Assembly: GCA_963765895.1 (NCBI GenBank)
Contig: CAVXZB010000084.1
Coordinates: 160,001-224,000 of the forward strand
Source of the DNA: an uncultured Nitrososphaeraceae archaeon
Lineage (GTDB): Archaea; Thermoproteota; Nitrososphaeria; Nitrososphaerales; Nitrososphaeraceae
DNA: 64,000 nt
Reading direction: 5' to 3'
Shown here: in pieces, positions 1 through 10,976 of the stretch
Position numbering within the stretch: the stretch's first letter is position 1
Layout of the letters: each line of letters opens with the position of its first letter
Notes under the pieces: model-generated
What the model saw: the letters and a program-made list of their open reading frames with translations, nothing else
What the model was told of the DNA's origin: nothing
Databases searched by the model: none
Position numbers and translations under genes: made by a program

Positions 1-756
1 ACATCATTATAAGAAGAAGGCTCATCGAAAAAATAGTAGTCTGATTCCTTACTAGCGGCTATTGCCACCGCTAATCTTTGTAGCTCTCCTCCACTTAGGT
101 CAGCGACGTTTCGATCTAGGGCATATTTCAAATCTAAATCAGATACTAAGTTATCAAGGACATTGCGTTCATTGTACTTTTGTAAGAGATCTTTAGCTCT
201 CCCCTTGAAAGCCTTTGGAATCATATAGACGCTTTGGGGTTTGATGGAGACGCGCAATTCGCCGCTCGCTATTTTTTCAAAATGAGACTTGAGTTCGGTT
301 CCCTGGAATTTTTTTATAACTTCATCCCAGCTGATATTGTTATCATACTGTCCAAAATTTGGTTTCATGTTTCCAGCTAAAATATCGACAATGGTTGTCT
401 TTCCCATTCCATTCCTTCCAAGAAGGCCTACGACTGAACCTTTTCTTAACGATGGGAGACGATATAATCTAAAGGTATTCATTCCAAACTGATGGATTTT
501 ATCCTCGCCTAGTTCCTTTGCAAGATTAACGATCACTATTGCATCAAAAGGACATTTTTTGATACATATACCGCAGCCAGTACACAATTCTTCTGAAATA
601 ACCGCCTTGCCATCCTCTGGATTTTGTGACTATACACTCTCCACCAGTCTTGTTTACTGGACAATAAATAATGCATTCTAAGCCACACTTCTTTGGCTGG
701 CATAGTTCTTGATCAAGGACAGCTACTCGGTGTGTGGATGATTTTAAATCTTCCAA
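1..756 (-). CDS. ABCE1: ABCE1/RLI1 ribosome-recycling ATPase (5' part; runs off window; +1 indel near 630)
   Basis: N-terminal RVAVLDQELCQPKKCGLECIIYCP; after a frame change near 630 it reads NPEDGKAVISEELCTGCGICIKKCPFDAI (second Fe-S motif), then GLLGRNGMGKTT Walker A and LSGGELQR ABC signature. Confidence 0.95.
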
Positions 757-1000
757 CTATGGTAAATGCACATTTGTACATTATATTCGTTCTGTACAGA
801 TAATTATATATATTAGTTATTAGGACCGTAAATATTCTAACTTTATCAGGTTGGATTTATACATTTGTCAGAGTTTCAACGATATTAATAAATAGTTCAA
901 AGTTTGAGGCTGTAAATAAAATGACGTCGGCCACTTATAGACAGGATACAGACTTTTTAAGGTAAAATCTTGTCTGGTCTGTTATAAATTGCAGGCCATA

Positions 1001-1012
1001 AGGTTAAATTGC
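1001..1012 (+). promoter_or_regulatory. Probable TATA box of the 5S rRNA gene
   Basis: TTAAAT about 25-30 nt upstream of the 5S 5' end, preceded by purine-rich TAAGG. Confidence 0.5.
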
Positions 1013-1033
1013 CCTTTGTCGTCCTCCATGTTA

Positions 1034-1149
1034 AGCCGGCCATAGCAAGAGGGAGCGACCCGGACCCATTCCGAACCCGGAAGTCAAACCTTTTGTCGCT
1101 GCTGTGTTACTTACCTGCGTGAGCGGTTGGGAATCAGCAGTGCTGGCAT
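1034..1149 (+). rRNA. rrf: 5S rRNA, stand-alone
   Basis: GCCGGCCATAGC...GACCCGGACCCATTCCGAACCCGGAAGTCAAACC...GTGCTGGC; conserved CCGAAC loop; terminal helix GCCGGC/GCTGGC; T-rich tract follows. Confidence 0.95.
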
Positions 1150-1266
1150 TTCTACTTTCCAAAGGTTATAGGTTATTGTTAATATTTTAAATAAACAAGA
1201 TAATAGTAGTGTCTGGCTTTTTCGACCAAGCTAATCACATGATTTGGTCGATCGATCGAGTACAAT

Positions 1267-1821
1267 TTAAATGGTCTCTCCTAGATGGATTTGCCCAGTT
1301 AGTTTTTTGATATTCAATGCTATTCTATCTAATATATTGAATATAGATGTCAATTCGTGATATTCCCATATTCGAGTCTGAATAATACACGCAAAGTTGG
1401 CTACCCTGACAGAAATCCTTCGTGTCTGCTCTTCCATAATGCTTTTTCGAATAAATTCACTTAGAATCTGATCCCTTGAGAGAATGTCAGCAAGTACTCC
1501 TCCACTCCATCCCAGTGACTCTAGTACTCCATTTCGCAACGTGAAGAAAGGACTAGCTTGAAAGAGTGTATAAGAATTATCGTCGTTTTCACTGACGAAT
1601 TCATTTTCGATCAAACAGTGGACATCGAAGAATGCTCCCATTCGCATCACCTCTTCAATTCCAATATAGTCAATATTCGTAGCAATAAGTCTAATAAAAC
1701 CATCCCTGTTTGATAACCATCTCTCGAAATATGATCGTCTTTCTGGTACGACATCATGGTTAATATCGCCTAGCCTGCAAATAATTCCTAACTCTGCCAA
1801 TTCCCGTACAAGGCCACCCAT
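1267..1821 (-). CDS. Hypothetical protein (184 aa)
   Basis: Long ATG-started ORF with globular composition; no motif recognised. Confidence 0.65.
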   Translation of the reverse strand: MGGLVRELAELGIICRLGDINHDVVPERRSYFERWLSNRDGFIRLIATNIDYIGIEEVMRMGAFFDVHCLIENEFVSENDDNSYTLFQASPFFTLRNGVLESLGWSGGVLADILSRDQILSEFIRKSIMEEQTRRISVRVANFACIIQTRIWEYHELTSIFNILDRIALNIKKLTGQIHLGETI

Positions 1822-2071
1822 TGAAAATAATGGAAATTCAGATCACCTCTGAGATTACAGGATATTTTGATATAACGCTATATAATAAAGATATATCTTA
1901 GTCTAATTTAGTATTATCAGCAAGAATAGGAATCCACTGTCTTCCAGAACGCGACTTCCGTTGTATACCAACTAACGTCTTAATACCATATCTTTAGTCT
2001 TGGGTCTAGTAAAGATTAAATAAAATTTCTATATTGCAACTTCGTTTTTTAGTAAAAAATTAAGGACCCAT

Positions 2072-3568
2072 TTAATTCTTGGTTGATCCAGCTTCTCGCA
2101 AAAATTTTACCAGTGTTCTGACTCCGTATCCTGTTGCGCCCTTAGGAATATAACTCCTCTCATAGGTTCCGTCCTGTGTCCACGCGGTTCCTGCGATATC
2201 TAGGTGAATCCACGGTTTTTCTGCAACAAAATTAGCCAAAAATGCCGCGGCTGTGATTGCCCCTCCTTGTCTTCCTCCTATATTCTTGATATCTGCTACA
2301 TTGCTTTTAATTTGATCATGAAATTCTTCGTATAATGGGAGCTCCCATAATTTTTCACCAGTTTTTTCCGAAGCCTTCTTCAATTTATCCATAAATGATG
2401 TATTATTGCTTATTGCCGCCGCAACATTCGCTCCCAATGCAATTATCGCCGCGCCAGTCAAGGTTGCGACATCAATAATTGCTTTAGGATCATATGTTCT
2501 TATTCCAAATGCTAAACTGTCAGCCAGGATAATTCTACCCTCAGCGTCGGTATTAGCCACCTCAACAGTTATTCCATTGTACATTCTGATTATATCCCCA
2601 GGTCTGTAGGAACTACCAGATGGCATATTTTCTACCGAAGGCACTATGGCGACGATGTTAAGGGGCAGATGTAATGCCGCAGCAGCCCTAATAACAGCCA
2701 GTACACAACACCCTCCGCATTTATCAAATTTCATTTCATCCATCTTCTCTCCGGGTTTCAAGGATATCCCACCAGTATCGAAAGTGACAGCTTTACCTAC
2801 AAAGAGATAAGGTTTATTGTTTTCAGACGCACCGTGATATTCTAAGATTATAAGCTTTGGTTGATTGTTGCTTCCCTTTCCTACCGAAATAATACCATTT
2901 AGGCCTAGCGATTCCATTTCATAGCGCTCGATCACTCTAACCTTTAAGTTGTATTCATTTGCCAAGGCCATAGATACTCTTGCCAATTCCGCCGGAGGAC
3001 AGTCATTAGGAGGAAGATTACACAAATCACGTGAAAAGGTCACCGCATTAACTATCAAAGTTGATTTATCAAATACTGCTTGGATGCTGGGATCCTCTAT
3101 ATCAACTAGTATTGTTACATCGCTTAGTTCGGGCAATTTGCTAGATACAGATTTGTAATTACTAAATTTGTACGTGGACAAACAAATACCTTCGAAAATT
3201 GCTTCGGCAAGGTCTTCATCGAGCACAGAAAACGGCACAAGACTGAATTCCCCTAGTCCAAGTTCCTGAACCCTGAGAGATATCTTTCCAGCAACAATTC
3301 TTGCATATTCCTTCGAATATTTTTCTTTTTTGCCAAGTCCTGTTAGCATGATTCTTTTAGGCCCAGTTTTCCCAAAAGTAGGTAACAAATAATTAGACCC
3401 GAAGGTACCAGTAAATTCACCATTTTCAACAACCTCCTTTATTACAGATGATAAATCGTTTCCCAATGTCTTGAACAGCAATTCTGGTTCTCCTTCAAAA
3501 AGGCCCAATACCAGAAGTTGGGTTTGTTTAGTGCTAGGCTTGATTTTTTCGAGTTTGATTTGGACCAT
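2072..3568 (-). CDS. pepA: Leucyl aminopeptidase (peptidase M17)
   Basis: VGKAVTFDTGGISLK, MKFDK, NTDAEGRIILAD, WIHLDIAG motifs. Confidence 0.95.
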   Translation of the reverse strand: MVQIKLEKIKPSTKQTQLLVLGLFEGEPELLFKTLGNDLSSVIKEVVENGEFTGTFGSNYLLPTFGKTGPKRIMLTGLGKKEKYSKEYARIVAGKISLRVQELGLGEFSLVPFSVLDEDLAEAIFEGICLSTYKFSNYKSVSSKLPELSDVTILVDIEDPSIQAVFDKSTLIVNAVTFSRDLCNLPPNDCPPAELARVSMALANEYNLKVRVIERYEMESLGLNGIISVGKGSNNQPKLIILEYHGASENNKPYLFVGKAVTFDTGGISLKPGEKMDEMKFDKCGGCCVLAVIRAAAALHLPLNIVAIVPSVENMPSGSSYRPGDIIRMYNGITVEVANTDAEGRIILADSLAFGIRTYDPKAIIDVATLTGAAIIALGANVAAAISNNTSFMDKLKKASEKTGEKLWELPLYEEFHDQIKSNVADIKNIGGRQGGAITAAAFLANFVAEKPWIHLDIAGTAWTQDGTYERSYIPKGATGYGVRTLVKFLREAGSTKN

Positions 3569-3851
3569 AAGATGATGGTTGTTTGTATACTTTATTTTAA
3601 ACTATTCTACATAGACAAATTCCACTGTGCAAGTGACATTTATTAGTATATTGTTCGTGAATATTCCGGTTAATTATTGGTTCGGAGTAAAAAGCAAAGC
3701 TTATGCAAATTCAACCAACATGACTAGTAGCAGACCTAATTATCGTCGATCACTTAGTGGCCTCTAGGATCCAGCCATATCTTTTTATCTTGCATATTGC
3801 GGCATTTTAGTGTATGCAATCAGAGAAAATGCTAGGCAGGTATGTTATGCA

Positions 3852-5492
3852 ATGGGCCTGAAGATGCGTTATCTTAATTTGAAGCAAAAAATTCGTGAAG
3901 TCCGCATGTTGGCGATCCGGGGTATAGCAGAAGCTGGATCCGGTCATCCAGGTGCATCATTTTCTGCGGCTGAAATTATGGGTGGACTTTATTTTAGAAA
4001 AATGAAACATGATCCTCTAAAACCACATTGGCATGAGAGGGACTATTTTGTAAATTCTAAAGCTCATTCTGCTCCAGGATTCTTTGCTACTCTTGCTGTT
4101 TCTGGATATTTTCCCATCAGCGAAATGGATACCCTGCGTAAATTTGGTGCTAGGTTACAAGGACATCCCGTAAGATATTCAAAAGAGCAAGAAAAGCATA
4201 GTGTTCCAGGCATCGAGTACTCTGGAGGTTCGGAAGGGATTGGCCTGTCGGTATCTTTGGGGATCGCCTTAGCAACGAGACTTGACGGGAAGAAAAATCA
4301 TATATTTACTCTTATTGGTGATGGAGAATCTAATGAGGGTCAGGTATGGGAAGCAGCCATGGCTGCTTCAAAATTCAAGCTGGACAACATAACTGCCATT
4401 CTTGATCGGAATAGAATACAGCAAGACGGATTTACTGAAGATATAATGCCTCTCGACCCAGTTCGTGATAAGTGGATAGCGTTTAATTGGAACGTCGTGG
4501 AGATAGACGGCCACAAAGTTGAACAGCTTATTGAAGCCATCAACAAAGCCTACGAAGTTAAAGATAAGCCTACTATCATCATCGCGAATACCATCAAGGG
4601 TTATGGAATCAAGCATATGACCAACAATCCACAGTGGCATGGAAAGGCGCCTCCGAAGAAGCATATTCCAATTCTCCTTCAAGAGCTACAAAGTGAATTT
4701 CTGATCGCTCCATCTATTATCGCTGGCAAGCGTGAAAACTATGAAGAAAAAATTAGAATTGCAGAACGTTGTGGTGCAGATATGATCCACCTTGATGTGA
4801 TGGATGGTAAATTTGTGCCCAACACTACATTCTTCGCAGACACCATCCGAAAACTGAGGCCTCTTACTAACTTGCCTTTTGATGTTCATCTCATGATTGA
4901 AGATCCGCTCGAACATATCCAAGAATATATAGATGCTCGATGCGATATCGTTACAGTACACGCTGAGGTATGTACCGAAGACTCCTTTTCTGTAATTACG
5001 TCCGAATTGCTCAAGAATGGAATTAGTCCTGGTATTGCAATAAACCCATCAACAAACATCCCGAGTTGGCTATATCACCATCTATCAAAGATAGATGTAA
5101 TTATTGTGATGTCTGTAAATCCAGGCTCTGCTGGTCAGAAATTCATACCAGAAATATTACCCAAAATGAGAACGATAGGTCAGGACCTGCGAGAACATAA
5201 TTTTGTTGGTTATCTGGAAGCTGACGGGGGGATCGACGCTATGACGCTCAGGGAGGTCTATGGTGCTGGAGCCAGAATAATGGTTGCAGGTAGCGCTGTC
5301 TATGGTAGCTCTGATATTAATGGCGCGATCATCCAGTTAAAACATACAGCAAACGTCGCATTAGAAAGAACTCTATTGGAAAATGCAAGTCAGATTGGGA
5401 CCAGATTGGACTGGATAAAGGCACGTAAACATATATTGATTCCCTTTGCAAGTGAATTAGGAATAGAGGAGGAAATTCATGCTATTAAGTAA
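3852..5492 (+). CDS. Transketolase N-terminal (TPP-binding) subunit fused to ribulose-phosphate 3-epimerase
   Basis: GSGHPG, LQGHP, GDGESNEGQVWEA (TK-N), followed in frame by IAPSI, IHLDVMDGKFVPN, FDVHLMI, MSVNPG, EADGGID (Rpe); ATG at 3852 preferred over GTG 3810. Confidence 0.92.
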   Translation: MGLKMRYLNLKQKIREVRMLAIRGIAEAGSGHPGASFSAAEIMGGLYFRKMKHDPLKPHWHERDYFVNSKAHSAPGFFATLAVSGYFPISEMDTLRKFGARLQGHPVRYSKEQEKHSVPGIEYSGGSEGIGLSVSLGIALATRLDGKKNHIFTLIGDGESNEGQVWEAAMAASKFKLDNITAILDRNRIQQDGFTEDIMPLDPVRDKWIAFNWNVVEIDGHKVEQLIEAINKAYEVKDKPTIIIANTIKGYGIKHMTNNPQWHGKAPPKKHIPILLQELQSEFLIAPSIIAGKRENYEEKIRIAERCGADMIHLDVMDGKFVPNTTFFADTIRKLRPLTNLPFDVHLMIEDPLEHIQEYIDARCDIVTVHAEVCTEDSFSVITSELLKNGISPGIAINPSTNIPSWLYHHLSKIDVIIVMSVNPGSAGQKFIPEILPKMRTIGQDLREHNFVGYLEADGGIDAMTLREVYGAGARIMVAGSAVYGSSDINGAIIQLKHTANVALERTLLENASQIGTRLDWIKARKHILIPFASELGIEEEIHAIK

Positions 5493-6454
5493 TGAAAGAA
5501 AAGTAGCCGATATGAGAGAGGCATTTGGTCAGACACTCGTTGAATTAGGCAGTGTGAATTCCAATCTTGTCTGCGTGGGCGCCGACACGACTGACTCACT
5601 CAAGACAAAAAAATTTGGTGATAAATATCCAGAAAGGATGTTTAACATCGGGATAGCAGAAGCGAATCTTGTTTCTATTGCAGCAGGACTAGCAGTGGCA
5701 GGTAAGATAGCATTTGCTAGTACATACGCAGCTTTTCTTCCTGGCCGTTGTCTTGATCAAATTCGAAATGCCATTTGCTATCCCAACCTTAACGTCAAAC
5801 TCGTAGTTTCTCATGCCGGACTTTCCGTCGGACCGGATGGTGCATCACATCAACAGATCGAAGATATATCAACAATGAGAGCAATACCCAACATGAGGGT
5901 TCTCGTCCCCGCAGATGCAGCTTCAGTTAAACACCTAATCAGAAGAATCGTTGACACTCCTGGGCCATTTTATATGCGACTTGCAAGACCGTCTGGGAAG
6001 GTAATTTATAGAGAAGGTGAAGCTATCTTCGAAATTGGAAGAGGGAACATCCTTAGAGATGGCAAGGATGTGACTATAATGGCCTGTGGTCTGATGGTTG
6101 TAACTGCGTTAGAGGCGAGCTGACTTGTTAGAGCACGACCACGGTCTAAGCTGCAGAGTAGTAGATATGTTCTCAGTCAAACCAATCGACAAAGAATTAA
6201 TAGAGAAGTGTGGTAGAGAGACCGGTGCAATTGTTACTATTGAAGAGCATAATATCTTGGGTGGTCTGGGTGGAGCAGTGGCAGAGGTGTCAGCTGAATT
6301 ATATCCTGTCAGTGTCAAGAGATTAGGAGTTTTGGACACATTCGGAGAATCCGCAAGAGATGACGAGATTAGTAGTTTATTTGAAAAGTATGGTTTGAGC
6401 GCGATGAAAATAGTCGAGACGGTAGTTGGTATAAGGAGACAACAAAGAAAATGA
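5479..6454 (+). CDS. Transketolase C-terminal subunit (split by an indel near 6120)
   Basis: GIAEANLV and GPDGASHQ in 5479-6123; VKPID, TIEEHNILGGLG, DTFGES in 6125-6454. Confidence 0.9.
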
Positions 6455-7107
6455 AGATATTCTTAGATACTGCTAATTTAGCATCAATAAGAACCTATAA
6501 CGACATGGGAATTGTGGACGGCATCACAACAAATCCCAGCCTTCTTTACAAGGAAAAGCAAAGCCCAGATGTAATTATGCGAGAAATAGTTAAGCTAATA
6601 AAGGGGCCGGTTAGTCTGGAGGTAATTGACACAAAGTCAGAGGAGATGATAGCGGAGGCTCATAAGTTAGTGAAATACGGTAAGAATGTTGTTGTCAAGA
6701 TCCCCATGATTCCTGAAGGCCTGATAGCTGTCAAGAGACTAAAAGATGAAGGAATTCCTACTAATGTAACTTTGATATTTTCAGCTAATCAAGCAATTTT
6801 GGCAGCGAAGGCAGGCGCTTCATACGTGAGTCCTTTCATAGGACGGTTGGATGACATAGGGCAAGATGGAATGATTCTCGTTAAGGAGATAGTTCAGATC
6901 TTTAGAAATTACCAGTACGACACTCAAACGCTGGTTGCAAGCATAAGACATCCATTGCATGTAATTGAGGCGGCCAAACTCGGCGCAGATGTAGTGACCC
7001 TTCCTCCTGATATTTTAGGGAAAATGATGAAACATCCTCTTACCAATAACGGACTTGATTCATTCCTAAATGATTGGAAAAAGATAGATAAGGGTTTGTT
7101 GATTTGA
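6451..7107 (+). CDS. tal: Transaldolase (TalC/Fsa family)
   Basis: MKIFLDTAN, GITTNPSL, VVVKIP, NVTLIFS, YVSPFIGRLDD. Confidence 0.95.
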   Translation: MKIFLDTANLASIRTYNDMGIVDGITTNPSLLYKEKQSPDVIMREIVKLIKGPVSLEVIDTKSEEMIAEAHKLVKYGKNVVVKIPMIPEGLIAVKRLKDEGIPTNVTLIFSANQAILAAKAGASYVSPFIGRLDDIGQDGMILVKEIVQIFRNYQYDTQTLVASIRHPLHVIEAAKLGADVVTLPPDILGKMMKHPLTNNGLDSFLNDWKKIDKGLLI

Positions 7108-8664
7108 TCAGTGACGAAGCAGGTTTATCACCTTTTGTGGAATGTCCTCTAGTCTACTGGCGGCCAGGCTCTTTTCATAATTTAAATATTTCAAGTTTTG
7201 ACCAACGTTAATCGAGTCATGCAGGTTCCTTCCTAGTCCTAGCGCTACCATGTGTATCCCAGATTCCTTATAAGACAAGACCATAGACCGTACAGCATCA
7301 TAATCCGAAGGTTCACCATCAGTTAGTGTCACCAGTATATCTGGTTTGAACAGGTTAATCATCGGTTGGAGCAGGGCGTAAATCTCAGCCAGAGGAGTGC
7401 CGCCACTTGCTTTGATTTGTGCCAAGCGACGTGCACAAATACTTGACCATCTTAGAGTGGCTGGTTTTATTATCCAACACTTTACCTGTCTTGATTCGGT
7501 ACTAAAAGCATAAACTGAGAATTTAATATTCAAGTAAGAAAGTGCCTCGCAAAGAGCTACTGTAGCTTGCTTGTATTTTAGCTCCACATCTTGTATACTA
7601 CTAGAGTGATCAAGTAGAATGGCAATTTTAGTTTTAATAGAGAGTTTAAAATCAGTCAAAAAAGGTTTTGGAAGCCTTTCAACATAAACCTCTGGATCAA
7701 ACTCTTCACCTGCAAAGTCATGTCTTTCTATCCACCCTGTTTTCCAATCTCTAAATTTCGACTTTATTTTTTGAATAAGAATTGGATCGTAAAGAAAACT
7801 CTCGTCAATATCCATTTTTTCTGGAATACTCAGACCAAAATCTTCCAGACTCTCATAGCCCTTATTTTCAGTCTTTTTACTTTCCTTGATAAGCGTATCG
7901 AACTCGCCTAAAACCTCATTTCCTTCGATTATTTCCTTGGAAATTCTTTCAATATTTTCATCCTTGATCCTTCTTTTCACGAATTTCTCAACTTGCTTTA
8001 AAATATCGCTTTGGTTCATGGAAACTCCAAATTTAGTTCTGGGTACTGAGATTGGAATTGTAAGTAATGGATTAAGCTCCAATATCTTGATTAATTTTGG
8101 CACGTGTTTTTCTAGCCAATCGGTTGAATACGAAAAGTCTATTGCCTCTTGTACTATATTATTAGCGTATTCCGTAGCTTCTTTTACCTTTTCAAATTCC
8201 CGACCAAACAATTCGCCCTTGATATAGCCAGTAGAAAAGTATTGGGAGAAGGCTTCAATAGTCTTCTGACGCCCGTACATAGAATTAAGAAGTGGTCGTC
8301 CTAACCATGACATTGCCTCATTATAAATTAGCTCATTTAACATTCCATGCCAAAGTTTCAGGCCTAGTATTTCGATTCGCTTAGTCTCTATGGTATTAAG
8401 TATGAATCCGTACGCATGTTCGTAACTAAGTACCTTTGAGGAATAACCCATGCGCATAGATTCGTACCATAGCGCTACCCTCCACTGTCGGTATTTCTGG
8501 AAATTTGTTCCAGCATAGTGTTCCAGAAATGGTAGGGCAATCTGATTCTTATCAGGTTTGGCCAGTGGAATCTTGTCCTGATTTAGAGTTATTACCACCT
8601 TACCTCGTCCGGACCATCTCCTGGCCAAAAATGTGGCAATATCAATTAGTACATCATTTCGCAT
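7108..8664 (-). CDS. vWA-domain protein (CbbO/NorD-like partner of the adjacent MoxR-type ATPase)
   Basis: C-terminal MIDAS LLDHSSS...GGTPL...TLTDGEP; ATG 8664 preferred. Confidence 0.8.
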   Translation of the reverse strand: MRNDVLIDIATFLARRWSGRGKVVITLNQDKIPLAKPDKNQIALPFLEHYAGTNFQKYRQWRVALWYESMRMGYSSKVLSYEHAYGFILNTIETKRIEILGLKLWHGMLNELIYNEAMSWLGRPLLNSMYGRQKTIEAFSQYFSTGYIKGELFGREFEKVKEATEYANNIVQEAIDFSYSTDWLEKHVPKLIKILELNPLLTIPISVPRTKFGVSMNQSDILKQVEKFVKRRIKDENIERISKEIIEGNEVLGEFDTLIKESKKTENKGYESLEDFGLSIPEKMDIDESFLYDPILIQKIKSKFRDWKTGWIERHDFAGEEFDPEVYVERLPKPFLTDFKLSIKTKIAILLDHSSSIQDVELKYKQATVALCEALSYLNIKFSVYAFSTESRQVKCWIIKPATLRWSSICARRLAQIKASGGTPLAEIYALLQPMINLFKPDILVTLTDGEPSDYDAVRSMVLSYKESGIHMVALGLGRNLHDSINVGQNLKYLNYEKSLAASRLEDIPQKVINLLRH

Positions 8665-8706
8665 TTTCAAAAACGTCAAACTTCTTTCAAAATGGCTACA
8701 CATGAC

Positions 8707-9510
8707 TCAGGTTCCAAAAATCGAAGTTATCATATCCATTACCTTGCGATATTCAACTTGGCCCCATTGATCATAAGCATTGGCATAAACCACCTCCGCG
8801 GATTCTCTTGCGGAAAGACCACTTTTCAGCATCTTTGAATAAGCAATCGTCTCTCTTAAGCTGGGACTATAATAAAGTTCCTCTACTGCCGCAGCTTCGC
8901 GAAGATTTTTGGCTAGTCGGATAGCATTCCTTACTGCATCAAGGTCTGAGTTAGGCAGATCAATATGTCTTTTGACAATTTCAAGTTCCACATCCTCTGG
9001 AGGATACTCTAGTCTGAGTCTGACAGGAAATCTACTGAGCAACTGAGGGGGAAGCTCCTTTGTCCCTACATGTGATAGTGGGTTAATTGTGGCAACAACT
9101 GACCAATTAGCATCAGCATTTATAACTTGTCCTTCAGCTTCTTTTAATACTAGTTGCCTCCTATCATCCAATGCTTCATCAAGCCTTAACAACACATCAG
9201 CCTCAGCAGCATTTAACTCATCTAGGTATAACAAACCACCACTTCGCATAGATCTAACGAGGATCCCCTCCACGAAACTAATTTCACCATTATCAATGGT
9301 ATTTGTACCAACCAGATGTGATTCTCTGGTTCGTAGACTAAAATTTACCGAATACAGCTCCTTACTGTAATACGAAGCGAATTTCCTTACCAGTGTTGTC
9401 TTACCAGTTCCCTTTGGTCCGATAATAATTGAAAATAAACCTGCTTCATGAGCCTTGTTCAGTATAGGTAGAGCATTATTCCAATCAAGGTAATTTACTT
9501 CGACCCCCAA
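8707..9510 (-). CDS. CbbQ/NirQ/NorQ-like (MoxR clade) AAA+ ATPase
   Basis: GPKGTGKTT Walker A, LYLDELN Walker B, ATINP, LLSRF. Confidence 0.88.
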   Translation of the reverse strand: MGVEVNYLDWNNALPILNKAHEAGLFSIIIGPKGTGKTTLVRKFASYYSKELYSVNFSLRTRESHLVGTNTIDNGEISFVEGILVRSMRSGGLLYLDELNAAEADVLLRLDEALDDRRQLVLKEAEGQVINADANWSVVATINPLSHVGTKELPPQLLSRFPVRLRLEYPPEDVELEIVKRHIDLPNSDLDAVRNAIRLAKNLREAAAVEELYYSPSLRETIAYSKMLKSGLSARESAEVVYANAYDQWGQVEYRKVMDMITSIFGT

Positions 9511-9589
9511 ATCAAATCTCGTTTAATGTGACAGATTATTAACATAAAAACTAATGGATCGGATTTCACTTGCCTACAAAGATAAGGCA

Positions 9590-10976
9590 TTAGATCATTA
9601 TCAACTTCTTCTTATACAAATAGTCAGTTAGTAAAATTCTATCTATGGAGTCAGGGTTAAGATAATAGGATCTTCCTCTAACAGCCCTTTCCAAATCATT
9701 AACGTATCCGAGTAAGGTATCATCTTCACTTATCATTACTGTATCAATATCGACACCTCGTCTATGACATCTTTTTGCCTCGGATATCGTTTTCTCTCCT
9801 ATATACTGATCCACTTGTTTATAGCGGTAGCACAGATATACAAGCTTATTAGACATCACATCAAGGTTCATAAATAAATGAGTTTTCGCGAACTCGATTG
9901 CATCATTATCTGGTGTATAAAAATAGGAATGCGGTCTCTTGGACAGTATCTTGCTGTACCTCCGAATTATCTTCTATAAAGCATGCACTTGGGTGTCCGT
10001 CGGTTATCAGGACAATCCTTTTGTTCGGGGCAGTGTCTTTTTGTAATATCTTAGTTGCAAGTCTAAAGGCTGCTTGGTAGTTAGTATAATGTAGGAGGTC
10101 GGCACCTGGCTCAAAGGTCTTCAGATAAGGTATATCATTTGCATTGATTTTAGAGGCTAGCGCGCCAAAACCGACAATGTATATCGAATCCATCGGGAAG
10201 AATTTTCGGTTTAATGTAACGATGCCCCACAACGCCCGCTTAGCAGCTTCTATTCTACTCATACTTCCATACATAGCCGAATATCTCATAGTCGAACTTA
10301 GGTCAATGCAGTATACAACTGCAACTCTGACTTCCTGGATAGTTTCAAATTCTTCAAAATCGTCTGAAGTGATCTGGAGCGGAAGACCCAGCGGCTCCCG
10401 ATGCCTAGTAATCCTTTGGACGGCGTTAAGCAAAGATACAGGTACGTTCAATAATTTGATATCGTTACCAGTTTCATATCTCTTAGTAGTATCCAGAATT
10501 ACGGAACCATTTCCCAAACTATTAGTTTCATGGAGACCAAAACCACCCTTCTTCAATGATCTCATAAGATCCTTTAAGATCTTTTCTCCAATACTTACAA
10601 AGGCCTTAGAAGTAAGCCACCTCGTATCATCTTTTATGTAACCGCTTTGAATTAATTCTGCAACTATAGGCAGGTGCATGCCAGTCTTAGAATAATTTGG
10701 ACGTAGATCAGCATTAGGTTGTTTTGTCTCTTTCTTCTGGTTATTAGGCTTTGCACTTTGCGGCAATGCTGCTTCCAGGGTGTACTCTAAATCATGCAGG
10801 GTTGGAGTTTTTTCTTTTAGGACTTCTCTACCTATGACATCGAGCAATTTGTAGTTAAATCTGCTTGGGATTTGATCCGTGTCCAAATCGATTTGACTAT
10901 TCTTCTCGTTTTGTTTGTGTTCTTTACCAAAGTAGATATAAGAACTTACATCTAAAGCATGGTCATGCAGATGCAT
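9590..10976 (-). CDS. vWA-domain protein (split by indel near 9900-9940)
   Basis: YCIDLSSTM MIDAS, HYTNYQAA, LITDGHPSA; C-terminal part TISEAKRCHRRGVDIDTVM in the 9590-9871 frame. Confidence 0.8.

Noticed and set aside
6100-6130. Programmed frameshifting in transketolase, glmS, rnz and others
   Set aside because: No common slippery sequence or stimulator; the scattered indels are better explained as consensus errors.
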